Origin: Candidatus Multivoradales bacterium
Lineage (GTDB): Bacteria; Acidobacteriota; Thermoanaerobaculia; Multivoradales; JAHEKO01
Assembly (NCBI GenBank): GCA_965223155.1
Contig: CBDCVR010000013.1
Span: 672,001 to 736,000, forward strand
Length of the DNA stretch: 64,000 bases
Direction of reading: 5' to 3'
Made by a program: the position numbers and the translations under genes. Shown here one piece after another: positions 1 to 13,808 of this stretch (positions within the stretch are counted from its first letter, which is position 1; each line of letters begins with the position of its first letter). Below the pieces are notes generated by a model. It was given only the letters and a program-made list of their open reading frames with translations, was not told where the DNA came from and searched no databases.

Positions 1-1865
1 CGGTCAAACGCGTGGTTCAAGCGAATCGTAGAGACGCTCCGGGTGAAGTCTCGCTGCACCAGCTCGCCGGTCAAGGTGAACTGCCGCTGCACGTCCCGGG
101 AATCAAAGAAGCTGTAGCTCACCGACAGGTTGCGGAACAGCCCCAGGTTGCGGCCGTACGTCAGGGTTGCGCCGGTCGTATCCTGCTGCACGCTCTGCCC
201 TGAGAGCAGGGTGAAATCCAGGTCGCGGGCGAAGAGCTGGACGCCCACCGACTGCGGCCGATCCAGGAACCAGGGCACGAAGTAGGACAGATCGAGCACG
301 TCCTGGCGGCCGCCCGACTGGACCTGCACGCCCAGGGTCTCGCCCCGGCCCAGGAAGTTGCGGGTACGGAACGAGAACTGTCCGAAGAAGCCGTCAAGCT
401 CGCTGAACCCGGCGCCGAACTGCATCTCGGTGCGGTCGCCCTCTTCGCCCTTGATGGTGAGATCAACCTTCTTTTCCTCGTTGTCGACGTCGATGGTCAC
501 CGGATCGTTCTCATCGATCTGGAAGAACTCCAGCTGGCGGATCCGTAGCAGGCTGTTCTTGAGGGCGCCCGAGCTCATCACCATGCTCTCGTGGATGCCC
601 AGCTCGCGGCGCAACACCTTGTCCTTGGTCTTGCGGTTGCCCTCGAACTCGATCCGGCCCACCCGGTACTGCTCGCCCTCGGTCACCAGGACTTTGACAT
701 CGGCGGTCTCGTTGTCCACTTCCTCGATCTCGGAATCGACCCGGGCGTAGATGTAGCCCGAGTTCTGGTAGATCTCATCGACCTTTTCCAGGCCCTCGTC
801 GATTGCGGTCGAACGCAGCCAGCCGCCGCGCGGCTTCGGGAACTGCGCCTCCAGCGCCTCTTTCGGGAACTTCTCCGAGCCCTCGACCACGACCTTGCCC
901 AGCTTCCAGCGGTTGCCCTCCTCGATGGGCAGAGTCAGAAAAAGGCGCCGCCGTTGCTCTTCCGCAATCGCGTTGGGGCGGGTGGCGCGCACCGCCACCT
1001 GGGGCTCGCCGATCACCACGTTCTTGTAGCCGGCCTTCTTGTAGATTGTCCGGACCTTGTCCAGGTCTTCCTCGAGAACGCCCGGCTTATAGACGTCCTT
1101 CTTGAACAGGCCCGAGATCGGCCCGCTCTCCTTGGTCTTGCGCATCGCCAGGCGCAGGCGGCGGTCGCTGAAGACCGTGTTGCCCTCGAAGTCGATGTCG
1201 GCGATCTTGACCTTGTCGCCCTCGTCGATGGTGAACGTGACCCGGCGCTCGGTCGGGGACACCGCCTCGAGCAGATAGTTCGCTTCGGCCAGGCGGTAGC
1301 CCTTCTCGGCGTAGAGTTCCTCGATCGCGGCCTTCAGCCGGTTGAGCTCGCCCAGGCTCAACGGGTCGCCTTCGCGTACGTTGATCGCGTCCTTCGACAC
1401 CCGGTCGGAGACGTCGGTCCGGCTCACCCGCTTGAGGCCGACGTACTCGACCGAGCGCAGGATCGGCCGTTCCTGAACCGACACCGTGAGCCGCACGCCT
1501 CCGTCCACCGGTTGCGCGTCCACGGCGATGTCGTCAACCAGACGCTTCTCCCAGAGCTCGTGGATCTTCGCGTTGAGGAGCGCCGGCGAGTAGGGCTTGC
1601 CCACCGCCACCTCGAGATAGAACTCCAGCGACTCGGCGGCCAGGCTCTGAAGGCCCTCGAAGACTACTTCGCGAATCTCGGAGCCCGCGAGACTCGCGCT
1701 CTCGGTCTGGGCCGGTGCGACTGCCGGAACCAGCAGCAAGGCCGCCAGACTAAGAGCCATGGCGGCGGCTAGCAAGCCCCCGGGTGCCGATCTGGCCGAG
1801 CTTCCAAAGCTCCGGATCCGGGGTCCAAACCGGAGCGCGCGCACAGCGTCTTGATAGGGCTTCAT
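1..1865 (-). CDS. bamA: Outer membrane protein assembly factor BamA (runs off window start, 3' end missing)
   Basis: Manual minus-strand translation: signal-like MALSLAALLLVPAVAPA, POTRA motifs (GRIEFEGNRKTKDKVLRREL), barrel start FGAGFSELDGFFGQ..RNFLGRGE. Start is ATG 1865 or in-frame ATG 1760. Not in the ORF track because there is no stop in the window. Confidence 0.93.
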   Translation of the reverse strand, partial: MKPYQDAVRALRFGPRIRSFGSSARSAPGGLLAAAMALSLAALLLVPAVAPAQTESASLAGSEIREVVFEGLQSLAAESLEFYLEVAVGKPYSPALLNAKIHELWEKRLVDDIAVDAQPVDGGVRLTVSVQERPILRSVEYVGLKRVSRTDVSDRVSKDAINVREGDPLSLGELNRLKAAIEELYAEKGYRLAEANYLLEAVSPTERRVTFTIDEGDKVKIADIDFEGNTVFSDRRLRLAMRKTKESGPISGLFKKDVYKPGVLEEDLDKVRTIYKKAGYKNVVIGEPQVAVRATRPNAIAEEQRRRLFLTLPIEEGNRWKLGKVVVEGSEKFPKEALEAQFPKPRGGWLRSTAIDEGLEKVDEIYQNSGYIYARVDSEIEEVDNETADVKVLVTEGEQYRVGRIEFEGNRKTKDKVLRRELGIHESMVMSSGALKNSLLRIRQLEFFQIDENDPVTIDVDNEEKKVDLTIKGEEGDRTEMQFGAGFSELDGFFGQFSFRTRNFLGRGETLGVQVQSGGRQDVLDLSYFVPWFLDRPQSVGVQLFARDLDFTLLSGQSVQQDTTGATLTYGRNLGLFRNLSVSYSFFDSRDVQRQFTLTGELVQRDFTRSVSTIRLNHAFD

Positions 1866-1920
1866 CGTCGCGAACTTAGAGCAATTCTCGAGCCAGGGGG
1901 GTGGGGGACGCGGCTCGACG

Positions 1921-4347
<2,427 letters not shown>

Positions 4348-4427
4348 CTCGCCAGTCTTCCCCGCCGCTGCCGGAGCGATCAGGCGCCGGCGCCCCGGCC
4401 GCCCCGTTCCAAGCCGCGAAACGGCCC

Positions 4428-5105
4428 CTACGAGGCGACCACGATGCCCCGATCCAGCGTCAAAATCCTAGCACAGCGCTTGGCCAAATCAGGGTTGTGG
4501 GTGACCACGACGGCGGTCGTGCCCCGCCGGTTCTGGAGCTCCACCAGAAGGTCGAAGACCTGGTCTCCGATGTCCGGATCCAGGTTGCCCGTGGGCTCGT
4601 CGGCCAGGAGCAGGGGCGGCTCCAGAAGCAACGCTCGGCACAAAGCGACGCGCTGGCGCTCGCCGCCTGAGAGCTGCGAGGGAAAGTGCTCACGACGGTC
4701 GGCGAGGCCCACCTCGTCCAGGAGCCCCTGAGCGCGAGCGCGCAGCTCCCCTCCCTCGAGCCCGGCGATTCGGCCCGGAAGCATCACGTTCTCGAAGGCG
4801 GTGAAGTCGGCCAGGAGCTCCTGGAACTGGAACACGAAACCGATTGTCCGGTTCCGGAACCGCGCCAGCTCTTCCGGGTCGAGCGCGCCCAGCTCGACAT
4901 CCCCGATCCGCACGCTGCCCGCGTCCGGAACGTCCAGGGCGCCGAGCAGATGGAGCAGCGTCGACTTGCCGGCGCCGGACGGGCCCACGATCGCCACCAA
5001 CTCGCCCGGCGCGACCTCCAGGCTCGCGCCGCGCAGCACCTCGACCGCTCGTTCTCCGTCCCGGTAGGCCTTGAAAAGCTCGCGCCCGAAAATCGCCACG
5101 CTCAT
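4428..5105 (-). CDS. lolD: Lipoprotein-releasing ABC transporter ATP-binding protein
   Basis: Walker A GPSGAGKST, LSGGERQRVAL, LADEPTGNLD; adjacent to a LolC/E-type permease. Confidence 0.88.
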   Translation of the reverse strand: MSVAIFGRELFKAYRDGERAVEVLRGASLEVAPGELVAIVGPSGAGKSTLLHLLGALDVPDAGSVRIGDVELGALDPEELARFRNRTIGFVFQFQELLADFTAFENVMLPGRIAGLEGGELRARAQGLLDEVGLADRREHFPSQLSGGERQRVALCRALLLEPPLLLADEPTGNLDPDIGDQVFDLLVELQNRRGTTAVVVTHNPDLAKRCARILTLDRGIVVAS

Positions 5106-6364
5106 TGGTGGAGAGCCTCCACGGGCCGCAGAGCGGCCGCCGCCCGGGCCGCCAGAAGCGCCGCCGTCACCGCCGCCGCCAGGCTGGCGAGAACCACCGC
5201 GCCGACGTCGGCGGCCTCGAGCTGGAAGGGCACGTGATCCAGGAAGTAGACGTCGGCCGGCAGCCGGATCACCCGGTACCGTCCAAGGATCCCGGCCAGG
5301 ACGACCCCCGCTACCGCTCCCAGAGCCACCCCCGCCGCGCCCAGGATCGAGCCCAGGATCACGAACACCGAACGCACCAGCCGGGAGCGGGCGCCCATGG
5401 CGCCCAGAATGCCGATCTCGCGCCGCTTGGCGGCGACGATGAGGTGGACGTTCGAGACCAGGGCCAGAGCCGCCACCGCGACGATCAGAAACACCGCGCA
5501 GAAGATCAGGGTCCGCTCCAGCTTGAGGGCGAAAAAGAGCGGCCGGTTCAAGTCCTGCCAGGATTGCACCTCGATTCCGGCCTCTCCCTCAGCGGCCGAG
5601 GCGGCCGGCATCCCTGGAGCCAGGGGAGCCGGGGAAGCCGGCTCAGAGGCCAGCTCGGACGGCAACTTCGAGGCCAAGGCCGCGGCCTCCTCCAGACCGT
5701 CCACGTCCAGAAGAATGCGGTACCGGCCCGGACCCAGGAGGGCATCCGCCAGGCTCAGGGGCAGCGCGACCCGGAGGCTCTGCTGGGTGACGCCGTCGCT
5801 GAAGGTACCGGCGACGCGGGCCCGAACCGTCCGTGGCTGCGGGCCAAGCGGCGTTAGCGTGGGCCGGCTCGAGGCGAGCTCCAGGGCGTCACCCACACCG
5901 ACGCCCCAGGTGTCGGCCAGGCCCTGCGGCAGGTAGACGCCGCTGGCCCGGGACGCCGGTCCGGCCTCCCCCGCCGGCGGAAAGATGGGCGGCAGCTCGC
6001 CGGCAAAGCCGACCAGATCGACCGCCCGCACGCTGCCCTCGAAGGCGATCCAGCCCGAGCCCTCCCGCGTCAAGTGCGCGGCCGCGATCCGGGGATCGGG
6101 GCTCAGCCGCGCCAGCACCGCTTCGGCCTGCCGCCGGGTCTCGGTCGAGACCGCGATCTCGGGGGTGCGCGCCATGACTTCCTCGCGGAGGGCATTCTGA
6201 AACCCGCCGAGCGCCGCGAGCGCCAGGATGAGAGCCGCCACCCCCACCGCCAGGCCGCCGCCCGCGAGGGTCGAGAGAAAGCTCACGAACGAGTCCTTGC
6301 GGCTGCTCTTCAGGTAGCGCAGCGCCAGGGTCAGAGCCAGAGGCGCGCGCGAGAGATCGGGCAC
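5102..6364 (-). CDS. LolC/E (FtsX-like) lipoprotein-releasing permease
   Basis: ALRYL..FVSFLS N-terminal TM, SWQDLNRPLFFALKLE, KRREIGILGAMGA, DVYFLDHVP. GTG 6364 chosen as the start just after the lysS stop. Confidence 0.88.
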   Translation of the reverse strand: MPDLSRAPLALTLALRYLKSSRKDSFVSFLSTLAGGGLAVGVAALILALAALGGFQNALREEVMARTPEIAVSTETRRQAEAVLARLSPDPRIAAAHLTREGSGWIAFEGSVRAVDLVGFAGELPPIFPPAGEAGPASRASGVYLPQGLADTWGVGVGDALELASSRPTLTPLGPQPRTVRARVAGTFSDGVTQQSLRVALPLSLADALLGPGRYRILLDVDGLEEAAALASKLPSELASEPASPAPLAPGMPAASAAEGEAGIEVQSWQDLNRPLFFALKLERTLIFCAVFLIVAVAALALVSNVHLIVAAKRREIGILGAMGARSRLVRSVFVILGSILGAAGVALGAVAGVVLAGILGRYRVIRLPADVYFLDHVPFQLEAADVGAVVLASLAAAVTAALLAARAAAALRPVEALHQ

Positions 6365-6374
6365 CGGATCCGCC

Positions 6375-8006
<1,632 letters not shown>

Positions 8007-8160
8007 GCGTCTGGGTCGTGGGCGCGGACTTTCGGTTGCAGGGGAGCCGCCCGGCGTCGGCGCGCGAGCGAGGGCAAACGATATCGAACTTGAGAGGCTT
8101 CCCACCAGGGCCGGCGGCAATCCACCGGTGGGTCCCTGCCCGCTCTCCGGCCAATGTCTG

Positions 8161-8204
8161 GCCAGCCTTGAGCCAACCTTGAGCCAGCCTTGAGCCGGCC
8201 TCGA
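8161..8204. repeat. Four tandem 11-bp units (GCCAGCCTTGA consensus) in the lysS/PNP divergent intergenic region
   Basis: gccagccttga-gccaaccttga-gccagccttga-gccggcctcga read directly. Confidence 0.85.
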
Positions 8205-8223
8205 GAAGGCACGCACCGCTAGA

Positions 8224-9069
8224 ATGCCGGCCATGGACCGGCATCTGGAGCAGCTTCATGCCGCCCGCCAAGCGTGGCGGGCTCGCGAGTGGCCGGCACC
8301 GGAGCTTCTGGTGGTCTCTGGCTCCGGCCTCGCCGTCGAGCTCCCCGGAACGACCGAACGGGAGGCACCGCTTGCCGAAGTGCTGCCCTTCCCGATCCGC
8401 CCGGTGGTCGGGCACCCCCATACCGTGACCATCTTGGAGCCCCTTCCCGGACGCTTCGTCGCCTACCAGCGCGGACGGCTCCACTCCTACCAGGGGTACG
8501 ACGCCAACGAGACCGCGTTCATGGTGCGGCTTGCCGCTCTCTTGGGGGGGCGCAAGCTCATCCTGACCAACGCCGCGGGCGGCATCCGCCCCGATCTAGG
8601 TCCCGGCGATCTGGTGGCCGTAACGGACCACATCAATCTCACCGGCCTCAACCCGCTGCGCGGCGAGCTGCCCGCCGACTGGGGGCCGGCCTTCCCCGAC
8701 ATGACCGGCGCCTACGATCCCGACCTGCGCCGCCTGCTCGCGGGGCACGCCCGGCGCCTCGACATCGCGCTGGCCGAAGGCGTCTACTGCGGCCTGGCCG
8801 GTCCCAACTTCGAGACCCCGGCCGAGATCCGCATGCTGCGCTCGTTCGGCGCCGATCTGGTCGGCATGTCAACGGTCCTGGAGGTCGTCGCCGCCCGCCA
8901 CCTGGACGTGGCGTGCCTGGCGGTCTCGATGGTGGCCAACGCCGCCGCCGGGGTCGGAGACGGGGCCATCGACCACGAAGAGGTGCTGGCGGAGGCCGGG
9001 CAGAGAGCCGAGATCTTGCGCCGGCTGCTGGGCGCCCTCCTGATCGACGAAGACCTGTATTCGCCGTGA
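8224..9069 (+). CDS. punA: Purine-nucleoside phosphorylase (trimeric PunA/XapA type)
   Basis: SGSGL, GRLHSYQG, TNAAGG, DHINL, GPNFETPAE, VGMSTVLE, HEEV motifs. Confidence 0.9.
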   Translation: MPAMDRHLEQLHAARQAWRAREWPAPELLVVSGSGLAVELPGTTEREAPLAEVLPFPIRPVVGHPHTVTILEPLPGRFVAYQRGRLHSYQGYDANETAFMVRLAALLGGRKLILTNAAGGIRPDLGPGDLVAVTDHINLTGLNPLRGELPADWGPAFPDMTGAYDPDLRRLLAGHARRLDIALAEGVYCGLAGPNFETPAEIRMLRSFGADLVGMSTVLEVVAARHLDVACLAVSMVANAAAGVGDGAIDHEEVLAEAGQRAEILRRLLGALLIDEDLYSP

Positions 9070-9145
9070 GCGGCGCGGCGAGCGGCCGAGCCGTGACGCA
9101 CGAGGTGGGCCGACCGAGCGCCCACTCTGGCGCCTGATCTCGCGC

Positions 9146-10708
9146 CTACTCCGAGCCCTGGACCGGACCCGAATCGCGATCGGCCCGATCGGCCCGATCG
9201 GCCTGATCGGCCCCACCAGCCCGGCCAGGAGAGCCGTCGGCGTTGGGCGCCGCGTAGAGCTCCAGCCAGCAGGAAGCGTGCTCGCGGGCCAGGCGCATGC
9301 GCGCGACCTGGACCGACCGCAGCTCGTCCGCGTCCTGGAGCTCGCCGGTGGCCAGGCCGTCTGCCAGCAGCGCGTCGAACCGACCCAGGCATCGGCCGGC
9401 TAGGCGCACCAGGTCCCGGCGGCGCTCGGGTCCGGCGCTCTCGGCACCGGCCGCCATCTCCCGTCGCAAGGAGAGGCCGGCCAGCACCAGCCGGTCGACC
9501 TCCGGCGCGCGGCCGATCTCAGCCCCGGCCTCGGCCCCGGCTTTCGGCCCAGCCTTCGATTGGAGCGCGCGGCGCTCGAGCTCATCCAGGCCGTCCAGCG
9601 TCTCCTTCGAGCGCGCCACCTCGCTCAGAGCGTCGAGGTCGGCGTCGGGTTCGGTTCCGGACGGCTCGAGCGGGGCCGGTCGAGCGCCCGGGGCGCCGGC
9701 CGCCGCCAGGCCCGCGTCCACCCGCGCCATGATCCGCCCCACGAGCTCGTGGATCCGGCTCATCTCGTCAAGGCGCAAGCTGCCGGCGCTGACGTTCTTG
9801 CGAAACCGTCCCACGAGCTGGTGCAGGTCGCGGACCTCGTCCACCAGATCGCGCGCCAGGCGCCCCTCCTGCTCCAGCTCGGAGACCAGCTCGTAGTCGG
9901 CGAAGATCCGGCGCTCGGCCTTGTGGGTCAGCTCGGCGATGCGCTCGGCCAGGAGCAGATTGGTCTCGACGATCGCGGTCAGGATCGACGGCTCGAAGGT
10001 CATCGCGCCCAGCCCGTGCTTGACCTTGCGGTAGTGCGCCACCAGATCGCGCTCGGTCAGCTCCTCGAAGGTCGCCACGCGGCCGATCTCGGCGCGCACG
10101 CCCTCGATCAGGCGGATCCGGTTGGCCACCCGCTTGGCGTCCAGCGGGCTCGCCGGAGCGGCGTAGGCGCACAGCCCCTCGAGCACCCGTGCGAGACGCA
10201 AGCGGTCGCCGGGCCGATCCGGATCGGTCACGGTCTCGGCCAGGCGGCTCATCAGGAAATCGACCTTGTCGGTGCGCTCGTCGCTCCAGCTCCTGCCGCG
10301 CTGGATCTCCAGATAGAAGCGAACCAGCTCGATCAGAATGCGCTCGTCGTGGGTACGCACGCGCTGGAAGAAGAGCCGGACGAGGGACGGGGCGATGCCC
10401 CGGTCCTGGCGATCCAATGAATCCATGAGCTCGACCAGAACCGTGCGGATCTCGGCCAGCTCAGCACCCACCGGTTCGCTGTCCAGATCATCCAGCCGGA
10501 CCGAAACCGCGCGTAGCGACCGGTAAAGGTCCTGAAAGGCCTCCGAAAGGTCCTCGATGTCGTCGGTGCCGAAGAACTTCCTCAGCCCCTGGAGGAAGCG
10601 ATGAAAGGTCCAACCCGCCTTATAGCGGTTGGACAGCTCCAGATACAACTGGTTGACCGGATTGACTTGGTCGGCTAGAACCACGAAACGAGCTCCCCGA
10701 AGACTCAA
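9146..10708 (-). CDS. Hypothetical protein, predicted mostly alpha-helical
   Basis: 520-aa ORF with host-like codon usage filling the gap between PNP and hpt; no recognisable motif; start uncertain. Confidence 0.7.
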   Translation of the reverse strand: MSLRGARFVVLADQVNPVNQLYLELSNRYKAGWTFHRFLQGLRKFFGTDDIEDLSEAFQDLYRSLRAVSVRLDDLDSEPVGAELAEIRTVLVELMDSLDRQDRGIAPSLVRLFFQRVRTHDERILIELVRFYLEIQRGRSWSDERTDKVDFLMSRLAETVTDPDRPGDRLRLARVLEGLCAYAAPASPLDAKRVANRIRLIEGVRAEIGRVATFEELTERDLVAHYRKVKHGLGAMTFEPSILTAIVETNLLLAERIAELTHKAERRIFADYELVSELEQEGRLARDLVDEVRDLHQLVGRFRKNVSAGSLRLDEMSRIHELVGRIMARVDAGLAAAGAPGARPAPLEPSGTEPDADLDALSEVARSKETLDGLDELERRALQSKAGPKAGAEAGAEIGRAPEVDRLVLAGLSLRREMAAGAESAGPERRRDLVRLAGRCLGRFDALLADGLATGELQDADELRSVQVARMRLAREHASCWLELYAAPNADGSPGRAGGADQADRADRADRDSGPVQGSE

Positions 10709-10780
10709 ACCCTGCGATACCCTTGCGGCCCTGCGATTCTAGAGGAAACGACCGAGGACGACCGAGGAGGCTGGAAGAGG

Positions 10781-11356
10781 ATGGGAAACCAGGAGCGCGA
10801 TCTGCCCCGGGTTCTGATCTCCGAAGAGGACCTGCAACGACGCATCGGCGAGTTGGCCGACGAGATCAACCGCGACTACGCCGACAAGGGCTCGGTCCTG
10901 TGCATCGGCGTGCTCAAGGGCTCGGTCTTTTTCATGGTGGATCTCCTCAAGCGGCTGACGATTCCGCTCACCGTCGATTTCCTGCAGACCTCCAGCTACC
11001 GTTCCGGGACCAACCCCGGTGAAGTGCGGATTCGCAAGGACTTGGACCTGCCGATTCGAGGCCGGCACGTACTCCTGATCGAAGACATCGTTGACACCGG
11101 GCACACCCTGACGACCGTGCTGGGCCTCTTCCGCTTTCGCGGCGCGGCCAGCGTGCGGCTGTGCGCCCTGCTCGACAAGGTCGAAGCACGCGAGGTCGCG
11201 GTCTCGGTCGATTACGCCGGCTTCCCCATCGACAACGTGTTCGTGGTCGGCTACGGCCTGGACTTCAACGAGCGCTACCGCGAGCTGCCCTACATCGGCG
11301 TCTACGAAGGCCCCGAGACCGAACCGAATCCCGAACCCGAGACGGACGCCGGCTAG
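10781..11356 (+). CDS. hpt: Hypoxanthine phosphoribosyltransferase
   Basis: GVLKGS, VLLIEDIVDTGHTL (PRPP motif), FVVGYGLD..YRELPYIG. Confidence 0.96.
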   Translation: MGNQERDLPRVLISEEDLQRRIGELADEINRDYADKGSVLCIGVLKGSVFFMVDLLKRLTIPLTVDFLQTSSYRSGTNPGEVRIRKDLDLPIRGRHVLLIEDIVDTGHTLTTVLGLFRFRGAASVRLCALLDKVEAREVAVSVDYAGFPIDNVFVVGYGLDFNERYRELPYIGVYEGPETEPNPEPETDAG

Positions 11357-11406
11357 CCGGCACCGGCCCGCTGTCCGCATCTCTCGAAATCCACGAGGAC
11401 CCACCG

Positions 11407-11784
11407 ATGCGATTCATACATTCCGACCAGGCCCCGGCCGCCATCGGCCCCTACTCTCAAGCCGTCATCCAGGACGGTTGGCTCTTCACCTCCGGGCAAG
11501 TCGCCCTCGACGCCGGCAGCGGCGAGATGGCCGGCGAAGACTTCGACACCCAGGCGCGCAAGGTTCTCGCCAATCTGGAAGCGGTCTTGGCCGCCGCCGG
11601 CTGCACCTTCGGCAACGTGGTCAAGACCACGGTCTTCGTCACCGATCTGGCCGACTTTCCCCGTCTCAACGAGCTCTACGCCGAAGCCATGGGCGAGCAT
11701 CGCCCGGCACGCTCGACCGTCCAGGTGGCCGGCCTGCCCAAGGGCGCCAAGGTCGAGATCGAGCTCGTCGCCCGCGTCCCCTAG
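11407..11784 (+). CDS. ridA: RidA/YjgF family enamine/imine deaminase
   Basis: APAAIGPYSQAV, SGQV, VVKTTVF, PARSTVQV..LPKGAKVEIE. Confidence 0.92.
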   Translation: MRFIHSDQAPAAIGPYSQAVIQDGWLFTSGQVALDAGSGEMAGEDFDTQARKVLANLEAVLAAAGCTFGNVVKTTVFVTDLADFPRLNELYAEAMGEHRPARSTVQVAGLPKGAKVEIELVARVP

Positions 11785-11863
11785 CTACGGCCCGTGCTAG
11801 AGGTCCGAGGGATCGCGTTGCGCACGACCCAGTGCCTTGGATCCGCCCCCGTGCCGCGGGAAG

Positions 11864-12625
11864 CTAGAAGCCGAAGCCGACGCGCACCACCGCCTGGGTA
11901 CCCTCGGCGCGCTCGATCGCGAAGGTCAGCCGAGGCAGCAGCATGTGGAGCACGACGCCGGCGAAGGCCGTGGTCGTGGTCTCGTCGAACGAGGCCGGCT
12001 CGATCGCGTTCGGGAAACGGCCCTCGCTGTCCAGAAGGCCGATCCCGGCATACGGCGTCACCACCGCCAGCCCCTTGCTGGCCATCAGCTCGACCGAGCG
12101 GATCGAAAGATCGTAGTCCCCGGGCGAGAGGGTCTCGGTGACGCTCACCCGGAGGGCCAGAGCCGGTTTCGTCACCCCGCCTTCCAGAAGAGCCCAGGAC
12201 GCCTCGACCGCGGCCAGCTCCACCTCCTCGTCGAGGCGGGCCAGAGACACGCCGACCCCCAGCCGCTTGCCCAGCCCCTTGCGCGCCCCGACCCGGAGCA
12301 CGCCCAGGAGATCCAGCGGCGCGCTCCCCTCGACCGCCGGCGTCGAAGCCCCGCCGAAATCCTCGGACACCGCCAGGTCGGCAAAGACGTCGAAGCCGAT
12401 CCAACCCAGGGGGCCCGCTCCGTGGCGCGGGTAGAAGTGGCCCGCGCTCGCCAAGCGTCGGTGGAGATCCTCCAACTCGGCCGGGGTCGCCCCCGGATCG
12501 ATCTCCCAAGCCACCGCCGGTGACGGCGGCAGGGCAAGCGCCAGAGCGCAGCCAGCGAGTGCGAGAACAAGGCCAGCGCGCATCTTCGACGGGCCCGGCC
12601 GCTCCGACGTCTTCGCGGCCGTCAT
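11864..12625 (-). CDS. Putative outer-membrane beta-barrel protein
   Basis: Signal peptide (GLVLALAGCALALALPPSPAVA), alternating beta-strand pattern, C-terminal Phe (VRVGFGF). Confidence 0.6.
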   Translation of the reverse strand: MTAAKTSERPGPSKMRAGLVLALAGCALALALPPSPAVAWEIDPGATPAELEDLHRRLASAGHFYPRHGAGPLGWIGFDVFADLAVSEDFGGASTPAVEGSAPLDLLGVLRVGARKGLGKRLGVGVSLARLDEEVELAAVEASWALLEGGVTKPALALRVSVTETLSPGDYDLSIRSVELMASKGLAVVTPYAGIGLLDSEGRFPNAIEPASFDETTTTAFAGVVLHMLLPRLTFAIERAEGTQAVVRVGFGF

Positions 12626-13593
12626 TCGAGCGCGCCTCCCCGGTAGGCCGCTTCCAGCTCGACCGCCAGCTCGGTGGTCTCGCCCGCCACTCGCGCCTCG
12701 AGTTCCTGGCGGCATTCGACGCTCAGCCAGGGCACGACGTTCAAGTTGCCGGCGGCAACCAGCTCGGCCACGTCGGTGCTCTCACCGTCCACCCAGCGAG
12801 CCGCCCGGAAAAAACCCAGCGCCTCGTCCTCGGATCCTCCGGTGGCGAACAGCAACGCGCCGACCCGATGGAGGGCGCCCGCCAGCTCGCGGTTGCGGTC
12901 CCGGCGCCGTCCGCCGGGCAGAGCCGGCCGATCGGGCAGGGACGCAAGCCCGAACTCCGCCGCGATCCGGCCGAAATCGGCCAAGAGCGGCGGCTCCCGG
13001 TGGAAGACCTCCTGGTAACCGGCCCGATCGGAGAGTTCGGCCAGCTCGCGCCGCTCCGCCGCCGTCAGCTCGGGCGCCACCGGCAGAACCGCCACGACCT
13101 CAGCCCGCGCCAGCGCTTCGAGCCCTCGTCGGAGGACCTCCTCGCGACCCGTTAGGCCCGGCACCAGGGGCCACACGGCCGCAAGCCCGGGCTCGGCCGC
13201 CGCCAGCCGGCCGGCGTCGAACGGCAGAAGCGCCGGCGTCAGGTCCAGGACCGCGATCCCGGCTCCGGCGGGAACTTCCTCGCCCACCAGGAACTGCACG
13301 AGCGGCGGCACGCCACGCTCCGCCAGCGACGCCCGCAGCTCCTGGCGCCACCAACTCCGTACCGCCGGCACCGGCGGCAAGTAGACGATGTCGTCCAGCT
13401 CCGAGTCCAACTCCGCGGCCGTGGGCGCGGCCCTCGGGAAGGAATCGTCGGGGGCCTGCAACGCGGCGCCGGCCAGCCGTCCCCGCGCCAGATCCAGCCA
13501 GCGGCCCGGCGGCCCCGGCCAGGTGCGGGGCGCGTGGCCGATCCAGGCGCGAAAAAGCTCCGGGAAGACGGGATCGAAGCGCGGCGCCTGCAC
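12622..13593 (-). CDS. Hypothetical protein: degenerate radical-SAM-like C-terminal half fused to a PolX-type N-terminal HhH (HHH_8-like) domain
   Basis: AVWPLVPGLTG resembles the SplB/PA0069 PxxPGLTD region; NRELAGALHRVGALL..FFRAARWV..DVAELVAAGNLNVVP resembles the PolX 8-kDa domain; no CxxxCxxC. Confidence 0.5.
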   Translation of the reverse strand: MQAPRFDPVFPELFRAWIGHAPRTWPGPPGRWLDLARGRLAGAALQAPDDSFPRAAPTAAELDSELDDIVYLPPVPAVRSWWRQELRASLAERGVPPLVQFLVGEEVPAGAGIAVLDLTPALLPFDAGRLAAAEPGLAAVWPLVPGLTGREEVLRRGLEALARAEVVAVLPVAPELTAAERRELAELSDRAGYQEVFHREPPLLADFGRIAAEFGLASLPDRPALPGGRRRDRNRELAGALHRVGALLFATGGSEDEALGFFRAARWVDGESTDVAELVAAGNLNVVPWLSVECRQELEARVAGETTELAVELEAAYRGGALE

Positions 13594-13728
13594 GGCCCAA
13601 GTCTATCTCGCCCGAACCGCCGGCAACACCGGCCCAGACTTCCCGGACTGACGCCGCGCGACGCCCAGGCGGGCCGCTCGCAGGTCGACCGGTGCCAGGC
13701 CCCGTGCCAGCCAGTGCCAGCCAATGCC

Positions 13729-13772
13729 GCGCCAGGGCCGGGCCAGCGCCGGGTCAGCGCCGGGTCAGCGCC
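13729..13772. repeat. Four tandem 11-bp units (GGGTCAGCGCC consensus) in a divergent intergenic region
   Basis: gcgccagggcc-gggccagcgcc-gggtcagcgcc-gggtcagcgcc. Confidence 0.75.
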
Positions 13773-13808
13773 ACGCGCCCACGATAAGCTCCCGGCCGGA
13801 GGCAACCG

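Noticed and set aside
9177-9212. 9- and 12-bp tandem repeats here and at ~43528-43551 and ~61532-61568
   Set aside because: In-frame low-complexity coding repeats (ADR, PPIE, DAT/DAS) in linkers.
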